Assembly: GCA_025356865.1 (NCBI GenBank) | Contig: JANXQJ010000085.1 | Location: forward strand, 1 to 59,487 | Length of the DNA stretch: 59,487 nucleotides | Reading direction: 5' to 3' | Source: Deltaproteobacteria bacterium | GTDB taxonomy: Bacteria; Desulfobacterota; Deferrimicrobia; Deferrimicrobiales; Deferrimicrobiaceae | In this document: positions 1 to 10,763 of the stretch, piece by piece | Numbering within the stretch: the first letter of the stretch is position 1 | Layout: each line of letters begins with the position of its first letter | Translations under genes and position numbers: made by a program | Notes under the pieces: model-generated | The model's database searches: none | What the model saw: the letters and a program-made list of their open reading frames with translations, nothing else | What the model was told of the DNA's origin: nothing

Positions 1-2
1 CG

Positions 3-221
3 GCCAAGTGCATCACCATCGTCGCCGGCGAGTCGCCCGATTCCGCCACCGAGAAGGTCCCGGTCAGTTTCGACATCGACCATCTGCGCTGCGTATTCTG
101 CGGGTTGTGCGTCGAGGCGTGCCCGTGCGACGCGATCCGCATGGACACCGGCTGGTTCACGCCGCCCGACAACCGGCGCGACAAACTTGTTTTCCCGATC
201 GACGATCTCCTGGAGAAATAG
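3..221 (+). CDS. nuoI: NADH-quinone oxidoreductase subunit I, C-terminal part (5' end lies outside the window)
   Basis: Frame 3 reads ...HLRCVFCGLCVEACPCDAIRMDTGWF...DDLLEK*, which contains a CxxCxxCxxxCP 4Fe-4S motif. There is no start codon in the window. It lies directly upstream of nuoJ. Confidence 0.8.
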   Translation, partial: AKCITIVAGESPDSATEKVPVSFDIDHLRCVFCGLCVEACPCDAIRMDTGWFTPPDNRRDKLVFPIDDLLEK

Positions 222-227
222 GCCGAC

Positions 228-716
228 ATGGAACCCATTCTATTCACCCTGTTCGGTGCCATTGCCGTGGGTGGCGCCCTATTGGTGGTCACCCGCAAGA
301 ACCCGATGTCCGCCGCGATTTCACTGATCCTGTCGCTGTTCGCCGTGGCGGCGCTTTTCGTCCTCCGTCAGGCCCATTTCCTGGCGGCGATCCAGGTGAT
401 CGTCTACGCCGGCGCGGTCGTCGTCCTGTTCATCTTCGTCATCATGCTGATCAACGTTCCGGAAAATCGCCTCCCGGTCGAGAAGTTGACCGTGTACCGA
501 CTGCTTGGGGTCGTGGCCGCCGGCCTGCTCATGATCGAAGGCGCCGTCGCCTCCCGAAACTTCTCGGCGCCTGCCGCCGCGGTCAACGAAGCCGGCTCGG
601 TCGAGGCGGTCGGCCGCGCCCTGTTCACCGACTACCTCCTCGCGTTCGAGGTGACTTCCGTGCTGCTGCTCGCAGCGGTTGTCGGCGCGACGGTCCTAGC
701 GAAAAAGAAGATCTGA
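228..716 (+). CDS. nuoJ: NADH-quinone oxidoreductase subunit J
   Basis: 162-aa hydrophobic ORF with a NuoJ-like sequence (AISLILSLFAVAALFVL...IQVIVYAGAVVVLFIFVIML). Its position in the nuo operon fits. Confidence 0.9.
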   Translation: MEPILFTLFGAIAVGGALLVVTRKNPMSAAISLILSLFAVAALFVLRQAHFLAAIQVIVYAGAVVVLFIFVIMLINVPENRLPVEKLTVYRLLGVVAAGLLMIEGAVASRNFSAPAAAVNEAGSVEAVGRALFTDYLLAFEVTSVLLLAAVVGATVLAKKKI

Positions 717-731
717 CGGGGACTCGAAACG

Positions 732-1034
732 ATGATGGAACCTTCCGCATACCTGATTCTTTCCGGCATCCTGTTCGCCATCGGCGCCGTCGGCGTCGTG
801 GCGCGCAAGAACGCCCTCATCATCCTGATGAGCGTCGAGCTGATGCTTAACGGGGTCAATGTGGCGTTCGTCGCCGTCGGTTCCTATCTGGGCGACCCCA
901 CCGGCGGCATCTTCGCCTTCATGGTCATGACGGTGGCGGCTGCCGAGGCGGCCGTGGGCCTCTCGATCCTGATCGCGATCTACCGTCTCAAGGAAACGAT
1001 CGATATCACCGAGCTGAGCGTGCTGAAATGGTAG
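732..1034 (+). CDS. nuoK: NADH-quinone oxidoreductase subunit K
   Basis: 100-aa three-TM ORF with the NuoK signature ([25 protein letters not shown]). It overlaps the nuoL start by 7 nt. Confidence 0.9.
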   Translation: MMEPSAYLILSGILFAIGAVGVVARKNALIILMSVELMLNGVNVAFVAVGSYLGDPTGGIFAFMVMTVAAAEAAVGLSILIAIYRLKETIDITELSVLKW

Positions 1035-3127
1035 GCCCCCTGAGCAACATCCACGAATACCTCTGGCTGATCCTCGCGTTCCCGCTGGCGGGCGTAGTCC
1101 TCAACGGAATCATCGCCCTGGTTGCCGAGCGCCCGCTCCTGTTGCCGGCCGACGACCACGGGCACGACGACCACGGTCACGGCGGCCATGGCGACGAGCA
1201 CGGCGCCCATCACGAGACGCCGGGCTACCGAAAGCTGGTTGCCTTCATCGCTCCGGCGATGATCTTCGCGGCATTCGTCGTCGCACTCCTCTCGGTCATC
1301 CAGCTGGCGCAGATGCCCGCGGAATCACGAACCGTCGTCCAGACGCTCTTCACCTGGATCCAGTCGGGCGGATTGTCCGTTTCGGTCGCGCTCCAGCTCG
1401 ATCCGCTCTCCTCGGTGATGATCCTGGTCGTCACCGGCGTCGGCTTCCTCATCCACGTCTACTCCGTCGGATACATGTCGCACGAACCGGCGTTCGCCCG
1501 TTTCTTCTTCTACCTGAACCTGTTCATGTTCTCGATGCTCACCCTGGTGCTTGGCTCCAGCTACCTGCTCATGTTCGTCGGCTGGGAAGGCGTCGGGCTT
1601 TGCTCCTATCTGCTCATCGGCTTCTGGTACGAAAAGGACAGCGCCTCGACGGCCGGCAAGAAGGCGTTCGTCGTCAACCGGGTCGGCGACTTCGGCTTCC
1701 TGCTCGCGATGTTCCTCGTCTTCTGGAACTTCGGAACGCTCAACTACACCGACGTCATGGCCCGGATTCCGGCGCTGCAGCATTCCGGGATATTGACCGC
1801 CGGCCTTGCAACGGCGATCACCCTGCTCATGTTCGTCGGCGCCACAGGCAAGTCGGCACAGATTCCCCTCTACATCTGGCTTCCCGATGCGATGGAAGGT
1901 CCCACCCCCGTTTCGGCGCTGATCCACGCGGCGACGATGGTCACCGCCGGCGTCTACATGGTCGCCCGTTCCAACGCCCTCTTCATGCTTGCACCCTTTA
2001 CCATGGGGACCGTCGCAGTCATCGGCGCGGCGACCGCGATCTTCGCCGCCTCGATGGGCATCTGCCAGAAGGACATCAAGCGGGTCCTGGCCTACTCGAC
2101 CGTTTCGCAACTCGGCTACATGTTCCTGGCGTGCGGCGTCGGCGCTTTCACCGCCGGCGTATTCCACCTGATGACCCACGCCTTCTTCAAGGCGCTCCTC
2201 TTCCTCGGCTCCGGCTCGGTCATCCACGCCATGTCCGGCGAGCAGGACATGATGAAGATGGGCTCGCTGCGCAAGCACACGCCGATCACCTTCTATACGA
2301 TGTTCATCGGAACGCTCGCCATCGCCGGAATCCCGGGCCTCGCGGGCTTTTTCTCCAAGGACGAGATCCTCTGGAAGGCGTACTCCTCCTCTCACGGAAG
2401 CCCGGTGCTTTGGGCTGTTGCCGCCGTCGCGGCCGGAACCACCGCTTTCTATATGTTCCGCCTGATTTTCCTGACCTTCTTCGGCGCGTCGCGGATCGAC
2501 AAGGAAGTCGAGAAGCACGTCCACGAGTCGCCGTTCAGCATGACCATCCCGCTGATGGTGCTCGCCGTTCTTTCGATATGCGGCGGGTGGATCGGCGTTC
2601 CCGCGGCGCTCGGCGGCCTGAACCACTTCGAAAAGTGGCTCGAGCCGATCTTCGAGGGTGGCCACAAGGCTGCCGCGGTGGCGACAGAAGCCCTCTCCCA
2701 CGGCGCGACGGCCGCGGTTCACGGGGCTGCCGCGCATCACGATCCCATGGAATTCATCCTGATGGGCGCCTCGGTCGCGGTTGCCCTCTTCGGAATCGCC
2801 ATCGCGTATTACCTCTACATGGTCCGTCCCGAAAAGCCGGCGAAGATCGCCGAGGCCAACCCGAACCTGTACCGCCTGGTCTACAACAAGTATTTCGTCG
2901 ACGAACTCTACGAGTGGCTCATCATCCGCCGCATCGTGAACGGGTCGGTGTGGTTGTGGCAGATGTTCGACGTGCAATTCATCGACGCCATGGTCAACGG
3001 TGTCGCAAAGACGGTCCGCAGCGCAGGCGACGAAACCCGAAAGATTCAGACCGGCGTGGTCGGCAACTACGCATTCTCGATATTGCTGGGTGCCGTGTTC
3101 ATTGTCGGCTACCTGATCTGGCGATAA
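1028..3127 (+). CDS. nuoL: NADH-quinone oxidoreductase subunit L (antiporter-like), with a His-rich insertion after TM1
   Basis: 699-aa polytopic ORF with typical NuoL/Mrp-like blocks ([44 protein letters not shown]). Operon position fits. Confidence 0.92.
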   Translation: MVGPLSNIHEYLWLILAFPLAGVVLNGIIALVAERPLLLPADDHGHDDHGHGGHGDEHGAHHETPGYRKLVAFIAPAMIFAAFVVALLSVIQLAQMPAESRTVVQTLFTWIQSGGLSVSVALQLDPLSSVMILVVTGVGFLIHVYSVGYMSHEPAFARFFFYLNLFMFSMLTLVLGSSYLLMFVGWEGVGLCSYLLIGFWYEKDSASTAGKKAFVVNRVGDFGFLLAMFLVFWNFGTLNYTDVMARIPALQHSGILTAGLATAITLLMFVGATGKSAQIPLYIWLPDAMEGPTPVSALIHAATMVTAGVYMVARSNALFMLAPFTMGTVAVIGAATAIFAASMGICQKDIKRVLAYSTVSQLGYMFLACGVGAFTAGVFHLMTHAFFKALLFLGSGSVIHAMSGEQDMMKMGSLRKHTPITFYTMFIGTLAIAGIPGLAGFFSKDEILWKAYSSSHGSPVLWAVAAVAAGTTAFYMFRLIFLTFFGASRIDKEVEKHVHESPFSMTIPLMVLAVLSICGGWIGVPAALGGLNHFEKWLEPIFEGGHKAAAVATEALSHGATAAVHGAAAHHDPMEFILMGASVAVALFGIAIAYYLYMVRPEKPAKIAEANPNLYRLVYNKYFVDELYEWLIIRRIVNGSVWLWQMFDVQFIDAMVNGVAKTVRSAGDETRKIQTGVVGNYAFSILLGAVFIVGYLIWR

Positions 3128-3188
3128 GGGACATGGGAACAACCCATGTCCTTACGCAACGAATGGAAGTCTCCCGGAGCGTGAACCG

Positions 3189-4760
<1,572 letters not shown>

Positions 4761-4768
4761 GATAACGG

Positions 4769-6244
4769 ATGGCACCGATTCCTTTCGATAGTTCCCAGGT
4801 GATGCAGGGCATTTCGTGCATTGCGCCCGAGGCCATCTTGGTGTGCACGGCCATCGCAGTGCTCATGGCCGACCTGTTCATGCCCGAAGACGGCAAGGCC
4901 TCGCTCCCCTGGATCAGTCTCGCCGGTGTGCTGGCCGCGCTCGGTTCCGTATACGCGCTCGGTTCCGGCCGGATCGTCGGCTTCTCCGGGATGATCGCAT
5001 CCGACGGCTTCGGCATGTTCTTCTCGGTGGTCGTGCTCTCCGCCTGCGCCCTGGTGCTTTTGATGTCGACCGGATGGTCCGAACGGGCCGGGACACAGAA
5101 GGGCGAATTCTATTCGCTCATCCTGATGTCCACAACCGGCATGCTGATCATGGCCAAAGGCACCGACCTGATGACGATCTTCCTCGGCCTCGAAACGCTC
5201 TCCATCCCGATCTACGTCCTGGTCGGTTTCCAGCGCAACCGGATGACCGCGATCGAAGGAGCGCTCAAGTATTTCCTGTTGGGTGCGTTCGGCGCCGCCT
5301 TCATGCTCTACGGCATGGCGCTGATCTACGCGGCGACCGGCACGACCAAGATCGCCGTGCTGGTGTACATGTCGGTGGGTGGCGGGATGACCGGAAGCCC
5401 GCTCTTCATCGCCGGCATCGGCCTGCTCCTGGTCGGTTTCGCGTTCAAGGTTTCGCTCGCTCCGTTCCACATGTGGACGCCCGATGCCTACGAGGGCGCC
5501 CCCACGCTGATCACGGCATTCATGTCGGCCGCGGTCAAGGCGGCCGCATTCGCGGCGTTCATCCGGGTCGCCCTGCTCCTGTTCCCCGGTGTTTCTGCAG
5601 CGGTCGGCCCCGTTCTCTGGGTGCTGGCGGTGCTGACGATGACGGTCGGCAATTTTTCCGCGCTGGGTCAAAACAACGTCAAGCGGATCCTGGCCTACTC
5701 GTCGATCGCCCACGCGGGATATATCCTCGTGGGACTGGTGGCAGGCGACCTGCTGGGCGGCCAGGCGGCACTCTTCTACCTGCTCGTTTACGCGTTCATG
5801 AATATCGGCGCCTTCGGCGTGTTGATGCTGATCTCGCAAAAAGAAGACGACGGCTACGACATACACAACCTCAAGGGGATCGGGTTCAAATACCCGGTGC
5901 TTGGCGCCTTGCTCACGCTCTTCCTCGTTTCGCTGGCGGGCATTCCCCCGACCGGCGGGTTCATCGGCAAGTTTTACCTGTTTAGCGCAGCCGTCAAGAA
6001 CGGGTACATCTGGCTGGCGATCCTGGGTGTGCTCAACAGCGCGGCATCGATCTACTATTACCTCCGGATCGTCGTCTACATGTATTTCATGACGCCCGAA
6101 GGGGAGGTTGTCACGCCCCACACGCCGCCGATGGGCTACGCGCTTGCGCTGTGCGCCTGTGCCGCCGTTGTCCTGGTGCTCGGGATGATCCCAAGTGCCG
6201 TCCTGACGATGGCCGAACAGTCGGTGCTCTCGCTGCTGATGTAA
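4769..6244 (+). CDS. nuoN: NADH-quinone oxidoreductase subunit N
   Basis: 491-aa polytopic ORF with a NuoN block (APFHMWTPDAYEGAPTLITAFMS). It is the last gene of the operon. Confidence 0.92.
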   Translation: MAPIPFDSSQVMQGISCIAPEAILVCTAIAVLMADLFMPEDGKASLPWISLAGVLAALGSVYALGSGRIVGFSGMIASDGFGMFFSVVVLSACALVLLMSTGWSERAGTQKGEFYSLILMSTTGMLIMAKGTDLMTIFLGLETLSIPIYVLVGFQRNRMTAIEGALKYFLLGAFGAAFMLYGMALIYAATGTTKIAVLVYMSVGGGMTGSPLFIAGIGLLLVGFAFKVSLAPFHMWTPDAYEGAPTLITAFMSAAVKAAAFAAFIRVALLLFPGVSAAVGPVLWVLAVLTMTVGNFSALGQNNVKRILAYSSIAHAGYILVGLVAGDLLGGQAALFYLLVYAFMNIGAFGVLMLISQKEDDGYDIHNLKGIGFKYPVLGALLTLFLVSLAGIPPTGGFIGKFYLFSAAVKNGYIWLAILGVLNSAASIYYYLRIVVYMYFMTPEGEVVTPHTPPMGYALALCACAAVVLVLGMIPSAVLTMAEQSVLSLLM

Positions 6245-6277
6245 CCGACCTCCGACCAACCAATCGCAGTTCCCGCG

Positions 6278-6311
6278 GCCCCGGAAGGCAACCTTTCCGG
6301 GGTCGTTTTCA
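6278..6311 (+). terminator. Probable rho-independent terminator of the nuo operon
   Basis: GC-rich imperfect hairpin (ggccccggaagg / cctttccggggtc) followed by gttttcatt, about 35 nt after the nuoN stop. Confidence 0.6.
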
Positions 6312-6398
6312 TTCGGACCAGACGGAAAGTATGGCATCCGGGATCAGGAAGCCCCACCCGCCCGACAAACTGAACACGCAATAAGATATGATATTCAG

Positions 6399-7586
6399 AT
6401 GCGTTGCCCTGTCTGCCGAATATCCTCGATGGTGGCGGTCGATTCTCCCGGGTCAAACCAGATCGACCGTTGCGGGACTTGCGGTGCGATCTGGTTTGAC
6501 CCGGGAGAGATCCGGGAACTGACCGAAGGACGGTTGTCTCCCGAGCCGGGCGCGACGACCCAGGATGTGCCGGTGCCGTCGGTCGATTCCACCGGGAGGT
6601 CTACCGACACGCCGATGGCGCGGATGCACCGGCTGGCAGCATCCATGCGGTGCCCCCGGTGCGACGCTCCCCTTTCCGCTCTCGATTACCAGGCGACGGG
6701 TGTTCCGGTCATCATATGCTCCGCCTGTCGCGGATTTCTCGTCACGAGGGCTTCATCCGAATCATTGAGCGAACGGTTTGCGTTTTCCAGGCTTCACGCC
6801 GACCGTTATGCCGCGATGGGTGAATCGATGGCTGCCGAGATGAGGAACAGTCTCGGCCTTAAGTATATGACCGACGGAAAGATGAAGATTACGGCGAACC
6901 CGTCGTTCTCGCTTCCGATCGTTCTCCCGTTGTCCACCGAGGCCCCAGGTCCCCGGTCGTTTCCGGCTGCCACCTGGACCTTCCTGGCCGTACCCTTGAT
7001 CTTGATGCTCCTTTCGTCGTACGGAGGTGTTTCCTGCCGGCTGCCTTGGCCTCCGGGCGGTCTTCCGTCCGGTACCGGATTGTCGGGTGCCCCGTTCCTC
7101 TCCTTGCTGGCATACCCGTTCCTGCCGGGTGGGCTTCTTCCGCTGGTCACGGGCGTGTTGTTTCTGTTCGTTCTCGGGAGGCAGGTCGAGGAGCGTACCG
7201 GACTGATCCCGTTCGCGGGATTATACCTCCTGGGCGCCATCACGGCGGGCGTGGTCCACATGGTGGTCGGCCGGATCGGAGCGCCGATTGCCTTGGGGTC
7301 TTCCGGTGCGGTCGCGGCCGTCCTGGGCGCATACCTCGTCTTTTTTCCGGATGTTCCGATAAAGATGTACGGGATGGGCCGGATCGTCAGCGCGCCGGCT
7401 TACCTGTTTGCCTGCTGTTGGGCGGTGGCCATCCTGATGGCCAACCCCGAGAGCGGGGGGATGACGGGATTCCTGCTCCGGATTGCCGACCCCACGCCGC
7501 TTTCCCTTTGGGGAAACCTGGGCGGATTCGCTTCGGGGATGTTGTACGGCGTGGCAGCGCGATCGAAAGAAGAGGGTTTCTGGTAG
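6399..7586 (+). CDS. Rhomboid-family intramembrane serine protease with two N-terminal zinc-ribbon modules
   Basis: Two CxxC...CxxC modules are present (MRCPVCR...CGTCGAIWFDPGE and MRCPRCD...CSACRGF). They are followed by a polytopic domain with the rhomboid GxSG motif (LGSSGAVAAVLGAY). Confidence 0.75.
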   Translation: MRCPVCRISSMVAVDSPGSNQIDRCGTCGAIWFDPGEIRELTEGRLSPEPGATTQDVPVPSVDSTGRSTDTPMARMHRLAASMRCPRCDAPLSALDYQATGVPVIICSACRGFLVTRASSESLSERFAFSRLHADRYAAMGESMAAEMRNSLGLKYMTDGKMKITANPSFSLPIVLPLSTEAPGPRSFPAATWTFLAVPLILMLLSSYGGVSCRLPWPPGGLPSGTGLSGAPFLSLLAYPFLPGGLLPLVTGVLFLFVLGRQVEERTGLIPFAGLYLLGAITAGVVHMVVGRIGAPIALGSSGAVAAVLGAYLVFFPDVPIKMYGMGRIVSAPAYLFACCWAVAILMANPESGGMTGFLLRIADPTPLSLWGNLGGFASGMLYGVAARSKEEGFW

Positions 7587-7589
7587 CCG

Positions 7590-9515
7590 TTACGTTACTT
7601 TCCGGAGCATTCTCTTTTCCCCGACCCGCAGGGTCACCTTGATCAGGTCGAAATATTCGATCAGGGGAATGACGTATTTTCGAGATAGACCGATGAGATC
7701 CTTGAACTCCGGGACCGTGATCTCCCCGTTCTGCACCAGGTAACCCGTCAGTTTATCCTTGAGTGCATCGACCGATGCGGGGTCGAAGTACATCTCCTTG
7801 ATCTTGAGGATCCGTCCTTCCCGGACGAGACCTCCGAGGGTCCGTTCAAAAAGTTTGGCGTCGATCGGACGGGATGTCGACTCCGCCAGTTCCTGGAAAG
7901 AAAGACCGGCCAACCCGGCACGGTTAACGGTTCCTTCGATCGACAGGCCGAACGGGGTCGCAAGTTCGACGGAACGGGGACGCTTCCCGGGTAGAGAATA
8001 AAGATCCCCCTGCCGTTCCACGCCGGGGTCCGACATCAACGCCAGGTTGGCCAAGGCCGGGTCGACCGACAGGTTCGTCCCGGAAATCACGGTTTCTGCC
8101 GCGAATCCTTCCCGATCGGGAAGGCGGGCGTGAAGTCCGGTCAGCGCGGCGACCAGGATTCGCCCGGCATCCCCGACGGCCTCCGAATGCCAATAGTGAT
8201 ACCCGTTCGATTGTTTATGGCGAACTATCTTTCCGGTTCCGGCCAGGCGGTCGAGTTCCTTCCGGACCGCCTGGATGTTTGCGCCGCAGAGGACGGGCAT
8301 ATCGCGATCATCCGCCCCCGTGGTCGAGGCATCGGTCAGGACCGCCTGGATCCGGGTGGGCAGATCGGCTGAATTCAAATCGTCGAGGACCGGCGGCACA
8401 ACGCGTCCGGCCCCTTTCCTTTTGGGAGGATAGGGGACGAGCACCGTACCTCCGCCGACCGTGTAGCCGAAGTTGGCCAACGGCGCAAACCCGCGCAGGA
8501 TGAAGTGATCGCCATTCATCAGAATGAACGGTTCCGATAATTCGATGCGGGCAATCGCTGAACCGCCTGGTGGAAGTTCGGATTGCCCGTAGAGGACAAC
8601 GCGGGCCGGAGAGGAGGCCGTCCCCGAATGGAAAGTGACCCGGTCGCGTGATTTCATCGCTTTTGGCGCCTGATGCAGGTATTCGATGACGGCTTCGATC
8701 GACCGGGTCGGCCGGAAATCGCCCGGACGACAGAGGACGGCCCCGCGCGGGGCGCTCTCCTTTTCCGCGCCCTGAAGATTTACGGCCGCGCGGTTTCCGG
8801 CTTCGGCGATATCGGTGCCCGATCCGTGGACTTGCACGCCCCGAACTCGAATCATGGGCCCGTTCGGTTGAATGACCACTTCTTCACCCGTCCGGACCGA
8901 TCCGCCGGCCACGGTGCCGGTTACGACGGTTCCGAATCCCTTGATCGTGAACGACCGGTCGATCGGCAACCGGAAGGGGAGGAGCGGATCCTTGCCCGGA
9001 ATCGTGGCGGCCACCGTGTCGATGGCGATGGCCAACTCGGGGATACCCTCTCCGGTCAGTGCGGAAACTTCCAGAACGGGTGCGTTTTCTAGGAAAGTGC
9101 CCCGCACGAAGTCGCGGACGTCCTCTTGCTGCAACTGGGCCCACTCGTCATCGACCCGGTCGCGTTTGTTGAGGACGACGATTCCGTGCCGGATCGAGAG
9201 GAGGCGGCAGATGTCGAGGTGCTCCCGCGTCTGCGGCTTGACGCCCTCGTCGATCCCGATGACGAGCAGCACGATGTCGATCCCGGCTGCGCCGGCGACC
9301 ATCGTCCGGACGAACCGTTCGTGCCCCGGGACGTCGACGATCCCGGCGAGGGTACCGGATGGCAGTTGCATGTGGGCGAATCCGAGCTCGATCGTGATGC
9401 CACGCGCTTTTTCTTCCTTGAGTCGGTCGGGGTCCACGCCCGTGAGCGCCCGAACGAGGGCGCTCTTGCCGTGGTCGATGTGGCCTGCAGTGCCAATGAT
9501 GACGCGTCGGGACAT
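7590..9515 (-). CDS. selB: Selenocysteine-specific translation elongation factor SelB
   Basis: GTPase motifs sit at the chosen ATG (MSRRVIIGTAGHIDHGKSALV, DVPGHERF, NKRD), followed by a long winged-helix C-terminal extension. The tracked ORF runs 147 codons further upstream, but that stretch overlaps the divergent smr gene and is low-complexity. Confidence 0.85.
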   Translation of the reverse strand: MSRRVIIGTAGHIDHGKSALVRALTGVDPDRLKEEKARGITIELGFAHMQLPSGTLAGIVDVPGHERFVRTMVAGAAGIDIVLLVIGIDEGVKPQTREHLDICRLLSIRHGIVVLNKRDRVDDEWAQLQQEDVRDFVRGTFLENAPVLEVSALTGEGIPELAIAIDTVAATIPGKDPLLPFRLPIDRSFTIKGFGTVVTGTVAGGSVRTGEEVVIQPNGPMIRVRGVQVHGSGTDIAEAGNRAAVNLQGAEKESAPRGAVLCRPGDFRPTRSIEAVIEYLHQAPKAMKSRDRVTFHSGTASSPARVVLYGQSELPPGGSAIARIELSEPFILMNGDHFILRGFAPLANFGYTVGGGTVLVPYPPKRKGAGRVVPPVLDDLNSADLPTRIQAVLTDASTTGADDRDMPVLCGANIQAVRKELDRLAGTGKIVRHKQSNGYHYWHSEAVGDAGRILVAALTGLHARLPDREGFAAETVISGTNLSVDPALANLALMSDPGVERQGDLYSLPGKRPRSVELATPFGLSIEGTVNRAGLAGLSFQELAESTSRPIDAKLFERTLGGLVREGRILKIKEMYFDPASVDALKDKLTGYLVQNGEITVPEFKDLIGLSRKYVIPLIEYFDLIKVTLRVGEKRMLRKVT

Positions 9516-9552
9516 GGGGGGTATCTTACCGGATTCGGGGAGATAGGGTAAG

Positions 9553-10350
9553 ATGGAACCCATGAGCGAACCCCCCGTCGAGGAGATGCCTCCGCACCGG
9601 ATTCCGATCGAGGACCGGATCGATCTGCACCCGTTCCGCCCGTCCGAGGTGGTGTCGGTGGTGGCGGAATATCTGGACGAAGCGGTCCGGGCCGGGTTCC
9701 GACAGGTGCGCCTGATCCACGGGAAGGGAAAGGGGTCGCTTCGGCAGACGGTGGCCGTCCTGCTCGCACGCCACTCGAGGGTCGATTCGTTCTCGGTCGC
9801 ACCCCCCGAAGCGGGGGGTTGGGGCGCCACGGTCGTCTGGCTCCGGATGCCCGAGATGCCGGCGCGGCCCGCCGCAGGAGCAACCAAAGCCGGGAAGAAG
9901 CACGCAGGGGGTTCGGCGATGCCGGACCGGAAACTTAAGGTGCTGTTCCTCTGCACCGCGAACGCGTGCCGCAGCCAGATGGCCGAAGGGTGGGCGCATG
10001 CGCTGAAATCCGACCGGATCGAAGCGCACTCGGCCGGGGTATCGCCCTGCTACCTGCACCCGCTTGCGGAACAGGTGATGAAAGAGGCGGGCGTCGACGT
10101 TTCCAGCCAGTATTCCAAGCACGTCGACGACGTCCAGGAGATCACCTTCGATTATGTGATCACGCTTTGCGATTACGCCGATTCGAAGTGCCCGAGATAT
10201 CCGGGCCACGGGAGACGGATTCACCACCCGTTCAAGGATCCCGTGCGGGCAAAGGGAAGCGGGGCCGAGGTACTCTCGGCGTTCCGCGCCACGCGTGACG
10301 AAATCCGCGCGTTCATCGAGGGGATGCCCGAAAACCTCGCGGACGGTTAA
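9553..10350 (+). CDS. arsC: Smr (small MutS-related) domain fused in frame to a thioredoxin-type arsenate reductase / LMW-PTP domain
   Basis: The N-terminal ~96 aa are Smr-like (IDLHPFR...VRLIHGKGKGSLRQ...GGWGATVVWL). The C-terminal 144 aa match the ArsC/LMW-PTP pattern (KVLFLCTANACRSQMAEGW ... TLCDYADSKCP). There is no stop between the two parts. An internal ATG at 9919 is preceded by AGGGGG. Confidence 0.75.
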   Translation: MEPMSEPPVEEMPPHRIPIEDRIDLHPFRPSEVVSVVAEYLDEAVRAGFRQVRLIHGKGKGSLRQTVAVLLARHSRVDSFSVAPPEAGGWGATVVWLRMPEMPARPAAGATKAGKKHAGGSAMPDRKLKVLFLCTANACRSQMAEGWAHALKSDRIEAHSAGVSPCYLHPLAEQVMKEAGVDVSSQYSKHVDDVQEITFDYVITLCDYADSKCPRYPGHGRRIHHPFKDPVRAKGSGAEVLSAFRATRDEIRAFIEGMPENLADG

Positions 10351-10451
10351 AAAACGTCGTTCGAGATGGCGGAACCGTAAATGGAAATGGTATCGTGGTG
10401 TCGTCTGCGACGGGTTCGGCGCAGAACTCGTTCGACCGGGAGTCGGCTAAA

Positions 10452-10763
10452 ATGGAAATAGGCCAGCGTCTGTTGACCGTTCTCGTCCTACTGGTCCTGT
10501 TCGCTCCACTGGCGTATGCGAACAACTTCCTGTTCAGTGAACTGACCCGGAAGTGGGGGGTCGTCAAGTTCATCTCGGTCCTGTCGGTGTTCACGTTCGT
10601 CTCGTTCATTTTATACGTCTGGCTTTTCCTTAGGTTCCAGATGGCCGGTCTCGCCGTGATCTACCTGCTGATCCTCGTGCAGACGCTGATCGGGGTCTCT
10701 GTTTTCCGGCAGGAATTCCGGGAGTGCGTTCGTAACACGATGAACGGATTTCGGAAAAAGTAA
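10452..10763 (+). CDS. Small hypothetical membrane protein (about 3 TM segments)
   Basis: The ORF sits in a visibly lower-GC patch and has hydrophobic segments (LLTVLVLLVLFAPLAYA, FISVLSVFTFVSFILYVWLFL, LAVIYLLILVQTLIGVSVF). The start was chosen at the ATG at 10452. No family was recognised. Confidence 0.45.
   Translation: MEIGQRLLTVLVLLVLFAPLAYANNFLFSELTRKWGVVKFISVLSVFTFVSFILYVWLFLRFQMAGLAVIYLLILVQTLIGVSVFRQEFRECVRNTMNGFRKK

Noticed and set aside
1325-3142. Very long antisense or out-of-frame ORFs. Examples: 1325-3142(-), 3099-4226(-), 4619-6337(-), 13972-17028(-), 17190-18863(-), 27154-29541(-), 30618-33536(-), 46519-49527(-).
   Set aside because: These are typical high-GC shadow ORFs. 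Their translations are Arg/Gly/Asp/His-rich and low-complexity. Each lies opposite or out of frame with a gene that carries clear family motifs.
9516-9956. 147-codon N-terminal extension of the selB ORF.
   Set aside because: The extension has low-complexity Arg/Ser/Gly-rich composition and overlaps the divergent smr-arsC gene. The canonical GTPase G1 motif starts right after the ATG at 9515.
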